The position numbers and the translations under genes are program-made. The notes below the pieces were generated by a model, which was not told the origin of the DNA, searched no databases, and saw only the letters and a program-made list of their open reading frames with translations. Of a DNA stretch of 64,000 nt, positions 39,244 through 49,931 are shown piece after piece. Source of the stretch: an uncultured Methanocellales archaeon (GTDB lineage: Archaea > Halobacteriota > JAWCLZ01); NCBI GenBank assembly GCA_964631075.1, contig CAZVYP010000001.1:26647-90646 (forward strand), in the 5' to 3' direction. Numbering within the stretch: position 1 is the first letter of the stretch; every line of letters begins with the position of its first letter.

Positions 39244-40488
39244 ATGCGCTTCGAAGACGAAAAAGAGGCACATCCCACCCTTGATATTAAAGCATCGAAA
39301 GCCACCACATTGTCAGGCAAGAAGATCGTTTTAGCTGTAACCGGCAGCATCGCAGCAGTTGAGTGCATTAAGCTTGCCCGCGAATTAATACGCCACGGCG
39401 CAGACGTCTATGCAGTTATGAGCAAAGAGGCAACTCGCATTCTGCATCCAAATGCCCTTGAATATGCCACAGGGCACAGAGTGCTAACAGAGATCTCAGG
39501 TGCCGTCGAGCACGTGGAATACTGCGGGGAGCGCGAGCTCGCAAAACGAGCTGATTTGCTTTTGATTGCTCCCTGTACCGCGAATACCATCGGCAAAATC
39601 GCCTGCGGAATTGACGATACTCCAGTTACCACTTTTGCCACAACAGCACTTGGCTCAAAAATTCCAATCATAATCGTGCCAGCAATGCATGCTTCGATGT
39701 ACTCACATGCAATTATTGCCGAGAACATTGAGAAGCTTAAAAAACTTGATATAAAATTCATCGGCCCGAGATTTGAAGAAAAGATAGCGAAGCTCGCAGG
39801 GGTTGAGGAGATAGTTATAAATGTCGAGCGTACTCTGGGTCCGCACGAGCTCGCTGGAAAAAATATAATAATAACTGGCGGAGCGACTGCAGAATCCATC
39901 GACCCGATTCGCATTCTCACTAATCGCAGCTCAGGTAAAACCGGCATTGAGCTTGCAAATGAAGCATACCGCAGAGGAGCAAACGTCACGCTCATCCAGC
40001 GCTCTCATTTAAGCTGCGCCACTCCCGAGATTAAGTCGATATCCATAGAGAGCGTCGAGGAGATGATCAGTGCAGTCGTGAAAGAGATGGAAAAAGAGCG
40101 GTATGAGGTATTGATAAGCGCGGCGGCAATCTCTGATTTCACTGCCGCCAAGCATTCCACGAAAATCAAGTCCGGCGAGCCGGTGCTGCTTCGCCTCAAG
40201 CCAACTCCGAAGCTGATAAGAAAGGTAAGGGAGAAATATCCGGATTTATTCGTAGTTGGTTTTAAAGCCGAGACTCATGTTTCTGAGGGAGAACTCCTGA
40301 GACGCGCAAAGAGCTTGATGCAGCGCGACCGTCTGAATATGATGATAGCAAATGACGTCGCCGACGGCGGAATTGGAACTGAGAGCAATGATGTTTATAT
40401 CATCACCGGAAGTGGTGTTGAGCGGATATCTGGCCTGAAGCGAGAAATCGCGAGAAAGATCTTGGATAAAGTAGCGGAGCTGCTCTGA
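39244..40488 (+). CDS. coaBC: Bifunctional phosphopantothenoylcysteine decarboxylase / phosphopantothenate-cysteine ligase (CoaBC/Dfp)
   Basis: N-terminal flavoprotein (KKIVLAVTGSIAAVECIKLAREL...PAMHASM) and C-terminal CoaB domain (ITGGATAESIDPIRILTNRSSGKTG). Confidence 0.85.
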   Translation: MRFEDEKEAHPTLDIKASKATTLSGKKIVLAVTGSIAAVECIKLARELIRHGADVYAVMSKEATRILHPNALEYATGHRVLTEISGAVEHVEYCGERELAKRADLLLIAPCTANTIGKIACGIDDTPVTTFATTALGSKIPIIIVPAMHASMYSHAIIAENIEKLKKLDIKFIGPRFEEKIAKLAGVEEIVINVERTLGPHELAGKNIIITGGATAESIDPIRILTNRSSGKTGIELANEAYRRGANVTLIQRSHLSCATPEIKSISIESVEEMISAVVKEMEKERYEVLISAAAISDFTAAKHSTKIKSGEPVLLRLKPTPKLIRKVREKYPDLFVVGFKAETHVSEGELLRRAKSLMQRDRLNMMIANDVADGGIGTESNDVYIITGSGVERISGLKREIARKILDKVAELL

Positions 40489-41336
40489 TGAAGAGCAGAG
40501 CCTTTGCACCAGCCCATATAACCGGTTTTTTTGAAATCTGTGAGGATAGCGAGCCGCTGAGAATGGGCTCAAGGGGCTGCGGCATTGTATTAGACACTGG
40601 AATAACAACCGAGGTCAGAACTGGCGCTGAGACCTTTATCGAGCTAAATGGAAAGAGAGAGCAAGCTGAGACAAGCAGGTGGGTGGTAACCGCACTGGCA
40701 AATCGCGCCCAAGTTGAAGTGTGCTCAAAAGTTGAGATTCCTATAGGCTGTGGACTTGGAGCAAGCGGGGCTGGCGCGCTGAGCACTGCATTTGCTCTGA
40801 ACAGTGCTCTGGCACTTGAGAAAAGCTTTAACGAACTAGCGTCAATAGCGCACGTTGCTGAGGTTGAGAATCGCACAGGTCTTGGAAGTGTTATGGGCCA
40901 GTGTCACGGAGGAGTAGTTATCAGAAAGCAGCCGGGAGCGATTGGATTTGGAGAAGTTGATAGGATTCCAACTGGAAAATTGCAGATTTTTTACATAGCA
41001 ATGGGCGCAATCCCGACGAAAGAGGTAATCACCAGCAGCACTGCTAAAAAGAAGATAAATCTCTCCGGTAGAGGGGCTTTGAAGGCACTGCTAAAAAAGC
41101 CCACTTTTGAAAATTTTATGAAGCTCTCCAGATGGTTTGCTTATAAAACCGAGCTTGTTAGCGGCAGAGCCAGAGATATTATCGAAGCAGTTGAGGCAGA
41201 AGGCGGGGCTGCCAGCATGGCGATGCTCGGCGACACCGTTTTTGCAGCAAATATCAAGGAAAGCGCTTTGAAAAGAGCTGTATCCGGAAAGATCAGAAAA
41301 GCTCGCATCTGCCAGAGTGGCGTGCACCTGCTGTAG
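40488..41336 (+). CDS. GHMP-family kinase, probable pantoate kinase (archaeal CoA pathway)
   Basis: GHMP motif IPIGCGLGASGAGALSTAFAL. N-terminus APAHITGFFE. Overlaps the coaBC stop (ATGA), so context supports the CoA pathway. Confidence 0.6.
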   Translation: MKSRAFAPAHITGFFEICEDSEPLRMGSRGCGIVLDTGITTEVRTGAETFIELNGKREQAETSRWVVTALANRAQVEVCSKVEIPIGCGLGASGAGALSTAFALNSALALEKSFNELASIAHVAEVENRTGLGSVMGQCHGGVVIRKQPGAIGFGEVDRIPTGKLQIFYIAMGAIPTKEVITSSTAKKKINLSGRGALKALLKKPTFENFMKLSRWFAYKTELVSGRARDIIEAVEAEGGAASMAMLGDTVFAANIKESALKRAVSGKIRKARICQSGVHLL

Positions 41337-41348
41337 CCAGAGAAAAGC

Positions 41349-42608
41349 CTACATCTGTTCGCCGAAAGTGGTCTGAGTAAAGCTTCTGAGCATAGTCAGC
41401 GGAAACTTCACTCCATCAAGCGAGCTCAATCGCGGGTCTTCAAGCAAAACGCTCCTGGTACCGTCAAGAGGCACGCTCAGCGTGATTTCTTTAGTCCTGC
41501 CATATCTTCCCTTGCTTACAACAATTGCATTTATAATCCCAAGCATGTCAAGTTCTGATATCAAATCGGTCACCCTTCTCTGGGTGAGCTCGTCTGATCC
41601 GATCTGCTTGCAGAGTCTTCTATAAACATTAAAAACTTCTCCCGTAGTTGCATTTTTTGCTCCTGATTCGTCCAAGATGATCATGCTGTATAACACTAGC
41701 TTGCTTTGAGTCGGCAGAGTTCTTATTACCTCTATGATTCTGTCGACTTCGATTTTCTCCTGCGCCTGCCGCACATGCGCCTCTGCAACCATGGTAGCCT
41801 TTTGCCTCTCTGCCAGCTCTCCAGCAACTCTCAAAAGGTCAAGCGCCCTTCTCGCATCACCGTGCTCCTGGGCAGCTATTGCTGCGCACAGGGGTATTAC
41901 TTCGGTTGAGAGCGCATTTTTCTTGAAAGCTGAGATTGCCCTTTGCTCAAGTATATCCCGGAGCTGATCAGCGTTGTAAGGAGGGAAGATTATTTCTTCT
42001 TCTCCAAGAGAGCTTTTTACTCTCGGGTCGAGTAACTCTGTGAACTTCAAGTCATTGGTTATGCCGATTACGCTGACCTTCGCCTTGTTTAGCTCGGCGT
42101 TTATTCTTGATAGATTATAGAGCGTGTCATCGCCGCTTTTTTTAATCAGCTTATCTACCTCGTCAAGCATGATTATTACTACCTGTTCTTTCGTATCCAG
42201 AGCCTCTTTGAATTCTTTATATACGTGATCTGTAGGCCAACCCGTGAACGGCACCTCTCTGTTGAAGCTGTTGGCTAAATGCGCCAGTACTCGATATTGT
42301 GTATCAATGACCTCGCAATTTATGTAAAGCACAATACAGGGTATTCCTTTAGATTCCCCTGTTACCTCGAGCTGCTTTCCTACATATTTTGCAGTAGCTG
42401 TTTTACCGGTCCCGGTCTTGCCATAAATTAAAACGTTGGATGGAGTCTCATTTCTCAATGCAACTACAAGTATGGTTGCAAGTGCTTCTACCTGTGTCTT
42501 TCTGTGAGGAAGATAATCAGGCGTATAAGATGGTCTGAGGATTTCTTTATTTTCAAAAATCGGCTCAATTTTTAACAGATGTTCGAATATACAGCCTTCC
42601 ACTGTCAC
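41349..42608 (-). CDS. cdc6: Orc1/Cdc6 replication initiator
   Basis: LRPSYTPDYLPHRKTQVEALATIL, Walker A GKTGTGKTATAKYV, Walker B IIMLDEVD, C-terminal winged helix. Confidence 0.9.
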   Translation of the reverse strand: MTVEGCIFEHLLKIEPIFENKEILRPSYTPDYLPHRKTQVEALATILVVALRNETPSNVLIYGKTGTGKTATAKYVGKQLEVTGESKGIPCIVLYINCEVIDTQYRVLAHLANSFNREVPFTGWPTDHVYKEFKEALDTKEQVVIIMLDEVDKLIKKSGDDTLYNLSRINAELNKAKVSVIGITNDLKFTELLDPRVKSSLGEEEIIFPPYNADQLRDILEQRAISAFKKNALSTEVIPLCAAIAAQEHGDARRALDLLRVAGELAERQKATMVAEAHVRQAQEKIEVDRIIEVIRTLPTQSKLVLYSMIILDESGAKNATTGEVFNVYRRLCKQIGSDELTQRRVTDLISELDMLGIINAIVVSKGRYGRTKEITLSVPLDGTRSVLLEDPRLSSLDGVKFPLTMLRSFTQTTFGEQM

Positions 42609-43224
42609 ACCCCCAGCATATTAGAGAGATTTTGCACTCGAAGTAACGGCTTATTCTATAATAAATATTGTGGTTAACGTTTGCTAAGACCTTTGTTTCT
42701 CCTGCAGATATTTTTATTTTAATTTTTAATAAAAATAAATTAAGACTTTCCTTTGAAAAATAAAGCTTTAGAGCTTTTATTCGTATGTTCAATTTTTTCA
42801 ATAATTAAAATAGCTGATCTGCAATACCCCTTAATTTCCACTCGAGTTGTTCTGTTAACTCCAACCCCTATATTTCAAATGGAGATTCTGTTACTTAGAT
42901 TGTCATTCTTCTTTAACTTAAACTTACATAAATATAAGATTGGTGTTTTGTTATACAATTACAAATATATATATGTTTCTATTATTTTGTGATAATAGAT
43001 TAATAATAGATATACATCACATCTATTCCCAACGCTATTAAAAATGTAGACTTGCAAATGAAAAATAGGGGGCGGGTGCGCACGATATAGTTAGAGCAGC
43101 AATCAGAAGTCAATTCAGGGCATCACATTTTTAACACATAAACGGGTTCCCTAAGCGTAAAAATTATATAGAAGTGTTCGTCTATTATTAATTTTGAGAT
43201 CCAAAAATTACTGGAGGTTTTAAA
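42609..43224. promoter_or_regulatory. Putative replication origin (oriC): AT-rich unwinding region with an ORB-like element
   Basis: ~600-bp non-coding, very AT-rich spacer directly upstream of cdc6. At 42835-42846, TTTCCACTCGAG matches the reverse complement of the archaeal mini-ORB core (GTTTCCACTGGAA) at 10/12 positions. A G-string (gggggcgggtg) lies at ~43069. Only one ORB-like copy was recognised. Confidence 0.4.
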
Positions 43225-43461
43225 ATGACTCAACAAGCCATACAGCCAATTCTAATTCTGAAGGAAGGAACTCTGAGAGCAAGAGGAAAAAATGCACAGA
43301 GCGCAAACATTTTTGCAGTTCGAGCAGTTGCAGAGGCCGTGAGAACGACACTGAGTCCAAAAGGAATGATTTTGCGCATCGATGACGTCGTTGCAGCTGG
43401 CAAAGTTGAAAAGGAGAAGCCCCCTTCAAAAGAAAAAGAAGATTTTGACTCCGAGTATTAA
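43225..43461 (+). pseudogene. Thermosome (group II chaperonin) 5' gene fragment
   Basis: The first ~48 aa ([48 protein letters not shown]) match the canonical thermosome N-terminus (GQPIFILKEG...[20 protein letters not shown]). Similarity then ends and the ORF stops at 78 aa, whereas thermosomes are ~540 aa. Confidence 0.45.
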
Positions 43462-43501
43462 TTTTACCAACATTTTTTTATTTATCGCAAGCATCTAACT
43501 G

Positions 43502-44095
43502 GTGAAAGCTATGAACGAAAAGCCCGATGAGAAAGAAAAAAACGAAACAAATGAGACCGCGCAGGGGGAAAGCGCAAAAATTAAAACCGAGCTTGACGAG
43601 AAAATTAAATTGATTGAGGAAAATATAAAGCTCCTTGAAGAAAAAAACAGGATGCTGGAGGAAAAAAATAAGCTTGAAAACGAATATCAAAAACAGCTTC
43701 TATATCTGAGAGCAGACTATGAGAATCTAAAGAAATTAGCGGCAAGAGAAAAGGCAGAGTACATCAAATCCACAAACGAAGATCTGGTTAAAAAGCTGCT
43801 GCCGGTGCTCGACAGCTTCGAATGTGCATTAAAAATTGAAGAAATAAGGGAAAATAAAAAAATTAAAGAAGGAATAGAAATGCTCTACCGCCAGCTTTAT
43901 GAAATACTTGAAAAAGAAGGATTAAAACCTGTAGTAGCGGTTGGAGAGAAGCTCGATCCATTCAAACACGAGGCGCTCACGCAGGTACAGAACAGCGAAG
44001 TTGAGGAAGATATAGTGCTTGAGGAGTTTCAAAAAGGTTATACTTTCAACTCGAAAGTAATTCGCACTTCTAAAGTTAAAGTTTCAAAGAGGTGA
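43502..44095 (+). CDS. grpE: Nucleotide exchange factor GrpE
   Basis: Coiled-coil N-terminus plus the GrpE core ([42 protein letters not shown] ... [16 protein letters not shown]). Confidence 0.85.
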   Translation: MKAMNEKPDEKEKNETNETAQGESAKIKTELDEKIKLIEENIKLLEEKNRMLEEKNKLENEYQKQLLYLRADYENLKKLAAREKAEYIKSTNEDLVKKLLPVLDSFECALKIEEIRENKKIKEGIEMLYRQLYEILEKEGLKPVVAVGEKLDPFKHEALTQVQNSEVEEDIVLEEFQKGYTFNSKVIRTSKVKVSKR

Positions 44096-44100
44096 TATGT

Positions 44101-45987
44101 ATGGCAAAGATAATTGGAATCGATCTTGGAACAAGCAACTCTGCCGCTGCGGTTATGATGGGCGGCAGACCGACGATAATCCCCAGTGCTGAGGGCATAA
44201 CTCTCGGTGGTAAAGCCTTCCCTTCGTATGTAGCTTTTACAAAGGATGGGCAGATGATTATCGGCGAGCCTGCGAGAAGGCAGGCGGTGAGCAATCCTGA
44301 GGGAACCCTGACCGCTTTCAAGAGAAAGATGGGCCAGGATTACAGGTACAGCATTCACGGTAAGCAATATTCTCCTCAGGAGCTCTCGGCTTTTCTGCTG
44401 AGAAAGATTAAGCAGGATGCAGAGGCTTTTCTTGGAGAAAAAGTCGAAAAAGCTGTTATAACCGTGCCTGCTTATTTCAACGACAATCAGAGGCAGGCGA
44501 CCAAAGATGCGGGCAGGATCGCGGGACTGGATGTTGTTCGAATTATTAATGAGCCTACCGCTGCGAGTCTTGCTTACGGACTTGACAAAGCTGGCAAAGA
44601 TCAGCGGATAATGGTCTTCGATCTGGGCGGTGGGACTCTTGACGTTACAATTCTCGAATTCGGAGGAGGAGTATTTGAGGTTAAAGCCACCTCGGGTGAT
44701 ACGCAGCTCGGTGGCACCGATATGGACAATGCAATAATAGACCATGTTGCCACGCAATTCAAGCGAGATACAGGTATCGATCTCAGAAATGATAAAATGG
44801 CGGTGATGCGTCTTAAAGAAGCTTCTGAAAAGGCAAAGATAGAGCTCTCAACTTCTCTCACAACTGACATCAACCTGCCCTTCATATCCGCGGATCAAAC
44901 AGGTCCAAGACATCTTACAATGAGCCTTACCCGAGCTAGATTAGAGGAGCTCATCGCGCCGATTATCGAGCGCTGCAGGGCACCCATGAGGCAGGCAATT
45001 GTGGATGGAAAGCTTGAACCGACGGCTATAGATAAGGTAATTCTTGTTGGAGGTCCAACGCGCATGCCTGTTGTGCAGCGCTTCGTGGAAGAATATATGG
45101 GCAAAAAAATTGAGAGAGGAGTCGATCCGATGGAGTGCGTCGCTATGGGCGCGGCGATTCAGGGCGGTGTGCTTGCAGGTGAAGTAAAGGACCTTGTGCT
45201 GTTGGACGTCACTCCACTGTCCCTGGGAATTGAAACCCTCGGCGGGGTGTTTACAAAGCTGATAGAGAGAAATACCACTATACCGACTAGGAAGAGCCAG
45301 CTCTTTACCACTGCTGCAGACAATCAAACCAGCGTTGAGATACACGTATTGCAGGGAGAGAGACCCATGGCAATGGATAACACCACTCTGGGGAGATTCC
45401 ATTTAATCGGCATTCCACCTGCGCCTAGGGGTATCCCGCAGATAGAGGTTACATATGATATAGATGCAAATGGAATTATGAACGTCTCAGCGAAAGACCT
45501 TGCAACCGGGAAGGAGCAAAGGATTACCATAACCGCGCCGCACAAGCTCTCGGAAGAAGAGATACAGCGCAAGGTTAAGGAAGCCGAGAAATACGCAGAG
45601 GAAGACAAAAAGCGAAAGGAAAAAGTGGAGATTAAGAATCAGGCAGAGTCCTTAATCTACACATCCGAAAAAACATTGAAAGACGCGGGAGATAAGATTA
45701 GCAGTGAACTGAAGGACAGGGCAACTAAGGCAATTGAAAACCTCAGGGAAGCTGTGAAGAGCGATGATTTAGCGAAGATAAAAGCGGAGATTGAAACCGC
45801 TACGAAGGTGCTCCACGAAATCGCGAGCATAATGTATCAGCAAGCAGCCTCGCAACAACAGCAGACAGAACAGCAGCAGGCAGGAGGTCAGGCACATGCA
45901 GAGGGTTCTGGTGCTGACAGCGGAAAGAAAACTGTTGACGCCGATTATAAAGTTGTGGATGAGGAAGAAGATAAGGAGAAGAAGTAA
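44101..45987 (+). CDS. dnaK: Molecular chaperone DnaK (Hsp70)
   Basis: [30 protein letters not shown] signatures. Start at ATG 44101 after GAGGTGAT; ATGA-type coupling with grpE. Confidence 0.95.
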   Translation: MAKIIGIDLGTSNSAAAVMMGGRPTIIPSAEGITLGGKAFPSYVAFTKDGQMIIGEPARRQAVSNPEGTLTAFKRKMGQDYRYSIHGKQYSPQELSAFLLRKIKQDAEAFLGEKVEKAVITVPAYFNDNQRQATKDAGRIAGLDVVRIINEPTAASLAYGLDKAGKDQRIMVFDLGGGTLDVTILEFGGGVFEVKATSGDTQLGGTDMDNAIIDHVATQFKRDTGIDLRNDKMAVMRLKEASEKAKIELSTSLTTDINLPFISADQTGPRHLTMSLTRARLEELIAPIIERCRAPMRQAIVDGKLEPTAIDKVILVGGPTRMPVVQRFVEEYMGKKIERGVDPMECVAMGAAIQGGVLAGEVKDLVLLDVTPLSLGIETLGGVFTKLIERNTTIPTRKSQLFTTAADNQTSVEIHVLQGERPMAMDNTTLGRFHLIGIPPAPRGIPQIEVTYDIDANGIMNVSAKDLATGKEQRITITAPHKLSEEEIQRKVKEAEKYAEEDKKRKEKVEIKNQAESLIYTSEKTLKDAGDKISSELKDRATKAIENLREAVKSDDLAKIKAEIETATKVLHEIASIMYQQAASQQQQTEQQQAGGQAHAEGSGADSGKKTVDADYKVVDEEEDKEKK

Positions 45988-46068
45988 AAGGCGAACCTGC
46001 ATTGCTCTTTTTAACCCCCCTCATTTAATATACAATAAGAGTAATGTATCAAAAGACGAAACAGAGCG

Positions 46069-47247
46069 GTGTTCTCATTGGAAAAGCGGGATTACTATGA
46101 AGTGCTGGGTGTAGGCAAAAATGCCTCAAAGGATGAGATCAAGCAGGCATATCGCAAGCTCGCCATGCAGTATCACCCGGATGTGAGCAAGGCAAAGGAC
46201 GCTGAGGAGAAGTTCAAACAGCTCTCCGAGGCATATGCGGTGCTGAGCGATGAGCAGAAGCGCGCGCAGTACGATCGCTTTGGCCATGCAGGTATGTCTG
46301 GGTATACTCAGCAGGATTTATTCAGAGACTTTGACTTCGATGTTTTCAGAGACCTTGGCCATGGAAGCTTTGACTCGATCTTCGATATTTTTTTCAGAAA
46401 CAGCGGCTTTGGAACTGGGTTCAGTCAGGCATACGAGCGGTCAGCTCGTTCAAGGCACGGAAGCGACATTTTATATGCACTGGAGATTACCCTGAAAGAA
46501 GCTGCCTTCGGCACTGAAAAAGAAATCGAAATCCCCAGGCGCGTTACTTGTCCAAACTGCAATGGCAGCGGCGCCAAACCTGGCACAAGTCCAAAGAAAT
46601 GTCCGGCGTGCAACGGTACCGGACAAATAAGGCATGCGCAGGCCAGAGGTTTTGCTCAGTTCATAAGCATCACAACCTGCAGCAAATGCCAGGGAAGAGG
46701 TACCTTTATCGAATCGCCCTGCAGCGAATGCAGAGGACGTGGAATCGTTCAGAGAACTCGAAAAATTCTGGTCAAAGTTCCAAAGGGTGTTGATAATGGA
46801 CACCGCCTGCGAATCGCGGGAGAGGGCGAAGCGGGAGAAAGAGGAGCACCACCAGGGGATTTGTATGTTGAAATGCGGGTGAAGCCCCATGAGTTCTTCG
46901 AGAGGGATGAAGACGATTTGATCTGTAGAGTGCCCCTGAGTTTCTCTCAGGCAGCTCTCGGGAGCGAGATCGAGGTTGCCACTATAGATGGAAAAGTAAA
47001 GCTGAAAATACCTTCCGGTACGCAAACCGATACAGTGTTTCGAATCAAAGGTAAAGGAATGCCCCGGCTGAATGGAATGGGAAGAGGGAATCAGCTCGTA
47101 CGAGTATTCATTGTAACTCCTGCAAGGTTGAGCAAGCGGCAGAGAGAGCTCCTGGACGAGTACTCGAAGCTCGAGGAACAGCAGGTGCAAGGTCAGGAAA
47201 AAAGTTTCTTCTCAAGACTTAAGCGAGAGGTATTCGATGCGGAGTGA
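46069..47247 (+). CDS. dnaJ: Co-chaperone DnaJ
   Basis: J-domain (DYYEVLGV...HPD), G/F region, four CxxCxGxG zinc-finger repeats ([32 protein letters not shown]). Confidence 0.9.
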   Translation: MFSLEKRDYYEVLGVGKNASKDEIKQAYRKLAMQYHPDVSKAKDAEEKFKQLSEAYAVLSDEQKRAQYDRFGHAGMSGYTQQDLFRDFDFDVFRDLGHGSFDSIFDIFFRNSGFGTGFSQAYERSARSRHGSDILYALEITLKEAAFGTEKEIEIPRRVTCPNCNGSGAKPGTSPKKCPACNGTGQIRHAQARGFAQFISITTCSKCQGRGTFIESPCSECRGRGIVQRTRKILVKVPKGVDNGHRLRIAGEGEAGERGAPPGDLYVEMRVKPHEFFERDEDDLICRVPLSFSQAALGSEIEVATIDGKVKLKIPSGTQTDTVFRIKGKGMPRLNGMGRGNQLVRVFIVTPARLSKRQRELLDEYSKLEEQQVQGQEKSFFSRLKREVFDAE

Positions 47248-47270
47248 GAAGCTGAAAATGGAGGCAGTAT

Positions 47271-47822
47271 ATGATCCTTAGCGGGAAGGAGATTGAAAAA
47301 GAAGCGGTGCTTACGGCTGCGAAGCTCATGCTGAACTCGATTCGCACTGCACCCAAAGCCCTTGGAAAGGACACGATATACTCTGCAATACTGCTGGATG
47401 AAGATCTGAAAAAACTTGCCGGTGAAATGCGCAGCTTGACTCGAGGCGCTGGTTGGGGGAGGGACGCCTCAAATGTCGAGCAATCAAGTGCTCTGCTGCT
47501 GGTTGGCGTGAAGAGCGAGGTCTCAAATCTGGACTGCGGTGCCTGCGGCTTTAAAACCTGTGATGGATACAAAAAAGCTGAGAGAAAGAGAGGTCTGGAT
47601 TTCGAGGGGCCGACGTGCATTATTAAGGCTCTCGATCTTGGCATTGCCATCGGTTCTGCGGTGAAAACCGCTTCCCTGCATAATGTGGATAACCGCGTCT
47701 TCTACCGCGCAGGTGCAGCGGCAAAGAAGCTGGGATATTTGAAGGAAGCTGACGTGGTAATCGCTGTGCCGCTCTCGGCAAGTGGCAAGAGTCCGTATTT
47801 CGATCGACCTGCAAAGCAATAG
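47271..47822 (+). CDS. DUF2148-like ferredoxin-domain protein
   Basis: 183 aa with the CGACGFKTCDGY motif and overall pattern of archaeal DUF2148 (COG4887-like) proteins. Confidence 0.5.
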   Translation: MILSGKEIEKEAVLTAAKLMLNSIRTAPKALGKDTIYSAILLDEDLKKLAGEMRSLTRGAGWGRDASNVEQSSALLLVGVKSEVSNLDCGACGFKTCDGYKKAERKRGLDFEGPTCIIKALDLGIAIGSAVKTASLHNVDNRVFYRAGAAAKKLGYLKEADVVIAVPLSASGKSPYFDRPAKQ

Positions 47823-47863
47823 GCAGGAGTAAGTATTAAGATTAAGACATTAATCTATCTTCG

Positions 47864-48532
47864 ATGCAATTGGAATCCCTGATACAGTGGCTTTTCGCTC
47901 TCACTAACACTTACGGCTATTTTGGCGTTTTCATAGCCAGCTTTTTAGGCAATTTGCTGCTCTTTATACCACTCCCGTATCTGATAATCGTCTTCGGACT
48001 CAGCACACCCGCTCTGGGTTTTGATCCAACTGTGCTGGCAGTTGTGAGCGCATTTGGAGCTGCAGTCGCCAAGCTGCTAACATATGGAATCGGTTATGAA
48101 AGCAGGCATCTGCTCAGCGAGGAAAGGCGCAGAAAGCTCGAGTTTGCGCGTTTTATAATAACCCGCCATGGCATGCTGATAGTTTTTTTATTCGCAGCTA
48201 CGCCGTTGCCGGACGACATACTCTATATTCCAATGGGAATTATGGGCTACTCGTTTATCAAGTTCTTCCTTTCGGTGCTTGCCGGCAAAATAATTTTGAC
48301 CCTGATAGTGAGCTGGGGCGGGCACTACTCAATAGAGTGGCTGATGTTCTTCTTCGATGGTGGAGGCTGGATGGGTGTAATTGCTACGCTTATTTTCATC
48401 GCTCTCTCAATATACGTGACTCTGAAGCTCGACTGGGAAAAGCTCTGCCTCCGCTTTTTCAGCGATAAATTCGAGGGCTTGAAACACCTGGTTGATGAGC
48501 ATGAAAGAGAAGAAAGAGAAAAGAAAAAATAA
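47864..48532 (+). CDS. DedA/VTT-family membrane protein
   Basis: YGYFGVFIASFLGNLLLFIPLPYLIIVFG matches the DedA/TVP38 (SNARE-associated) re-entrant loop region. Multi-TM, 222 aa. Confidence 0.65.
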   Translation: MQLESLIQWLFALTNTYGYFGVFIASFLGNLLLFIPLPYLIIVFGLSTPALGFDPTVLAVVSAFGAAVAKLLTYGIGYESRHLLSEERRRKLEFARFIITRHGMLIVFLFAATPLPDDILYIPMGIMGYSFIKFFLSVLAGKIILTLIVSWGGHYSIEWLMFFFDGGGWMGVIATLIFIALSIYVTLKLDWEKLCLRFFSDKFEGLKHLVDEHEREEREKKK

Positions 48533-48533
48533 G

Positions 48534-49766
48534 CTAGCGGCAGCGCTTCGCAGCCTCTATCAATGCAATAATCCCTGGCATCTTTTCGCCTGCGAGGTAA
48601 TCCATGCAGGCTCCGCCGCCCGTGCTGACGTGGGAGATCTTGTGCTCTATGCCGAGTTTCTCGACAGCCGCTGAGGTGTGTCCGCCGCCCATAACCGCGA
48701 ATTTGGCTCTTGTGCATGCCATTAGCAGCTCATTTGTTGCCAGAGCAAAATCAGGGATCTCATTAACACCCGCGGGTCCGTTAAATACTACGGCGCTTGC
48801 GCTCTCAATTTCTGCTTTAAATTTAGCTATGGTTTCAAATCCTATATCAGAAATCTGGCTATCAGCAGGGATCTTATTGATCGGAACTTCAGCACGGGTA
48901 TTGTTGTTCTTAGGAATAGCAACGTCAACCGGCAGTGCAATTTTTTTGCCGTATCTGGCAAGCAATTGCCCTGCCCTCTCAATCTCTCCCTCATACCCTT
49001 CATCTTTGATGAACTTCTGATTCTTCTCTCCAATTTTTACTCCATTTGCAGCGAGGAACACGTTTGCCACCACTCCCGTAACAAGAATTTTCTCTGCGCT
49101 CCCTCTTTCAAGCACGTTTTTCATAACCCTGATTGAATCATCAACCTTCGCTCCGCCTAGGACAAAAACTGCGCCCTCTCCCTCGGCTCGATTTAAAGCT
49201 TTGTTCAGACTGTCGATCTCTTTTTCCATTAATCTACCGGCGCCGGATGGCAGAACTGGCGTGAAGCCAACAATTGAGGCGTTGGAGCGGTGAGAAGTTC
49301 CGAATGCGTCGTTAAGGTAAATTTCAACTACACTTGCGAGTTTTTTTACAAGCTGTGTCTTCGCGTGCTCCTGAGGACCCTGATCGATTTGTTCTTCCGA
49401 GCAGAAGCGCACGTTTTCGAGCAGGAGGATATCGCCATTTTTCATTGCCCTGATCGAGTTCCTCGCCAGGGAGCCAAAAACGTCGTCCACGTACCTTACT
49501 TCTTTTTTTAAAAGCTGGCTCATTTTTTTGGCGTGCTCCTCCATGGTTGTAAAATCTTTCTTGCCGGGTCGGGATTGATGTGATAGCAGCACAGCTTTTG
49601 AATTCTCAAGCTCTTTAATGGTTTTAATATGACTCCTCATCCGCTTATCGTCGAGAATCGCACCGGTTTTTGGGTCAATAGGTGAGTTGATATCAATTCT
49701 TAATAGCACAGTTTTGTCTTTGAGGTCAAAGTCATCCATAGTGAGATAATCCCTTTTGGCCTCCAT
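48534..49766 (-). CDS. pgk: Phosphoglycerate kinase
   Basis: VLLRIDINSPID N-terminus, hinge and C-terminal nucleotide-binding domain (GGGHTSAAV... not GGGA, but consistent with archaeal PGK). 410 aa. Confidence 0.9.
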   Translation of the reverse strand: MEAKRDYLTMDDFDLKDKTVLLRIDINSPIDPKTGAILDDKRMRSHIKTIKELENSKAVLLSHQSRPGKKDFTTMEEHAKKMSQLLKKEVRYVDDVFGSLARNSIRAMKNGDILLLENVRFCSEEQIDQGPQEHAKTQLVKKLASVVEIYLNDAFGTSHRSNASIVGFTPVLPSGAGRLMEKEIDSLNKALNRAEGEGAVFVLGGAKVDDSIRVMKNVLERGSAEKILVTGVVANVFLAANGVKIGEKNQKFIKDEGYEGEIERAGQLLARYGKKIALPVDVAIPKNNNTRAEVPINKIPADSQISDIGFETIAKFKAEIESASAVVFNGPAGVNEIPDFALATNELLMACTRAKFAVMGGGHTSAAVEKLGIEHKISHVSTGGGACMDYLAGEKMPGIIALIEAAKRCR

Positions 49767-49931
49767 TTCGATAACTCCTTCATTTTCTAATTAGCGCAAC
49801 AGATATATAATCGATTTTGTTTTATTGAGCACTAGCGTGTACGCTTTGATAATCAGAGCAATCTCGATCCGCCACAAAGAATTTATAGAGAACTGGAATA
49901 AAGTATATGCCACAAGTGAGGCAGCATAATC

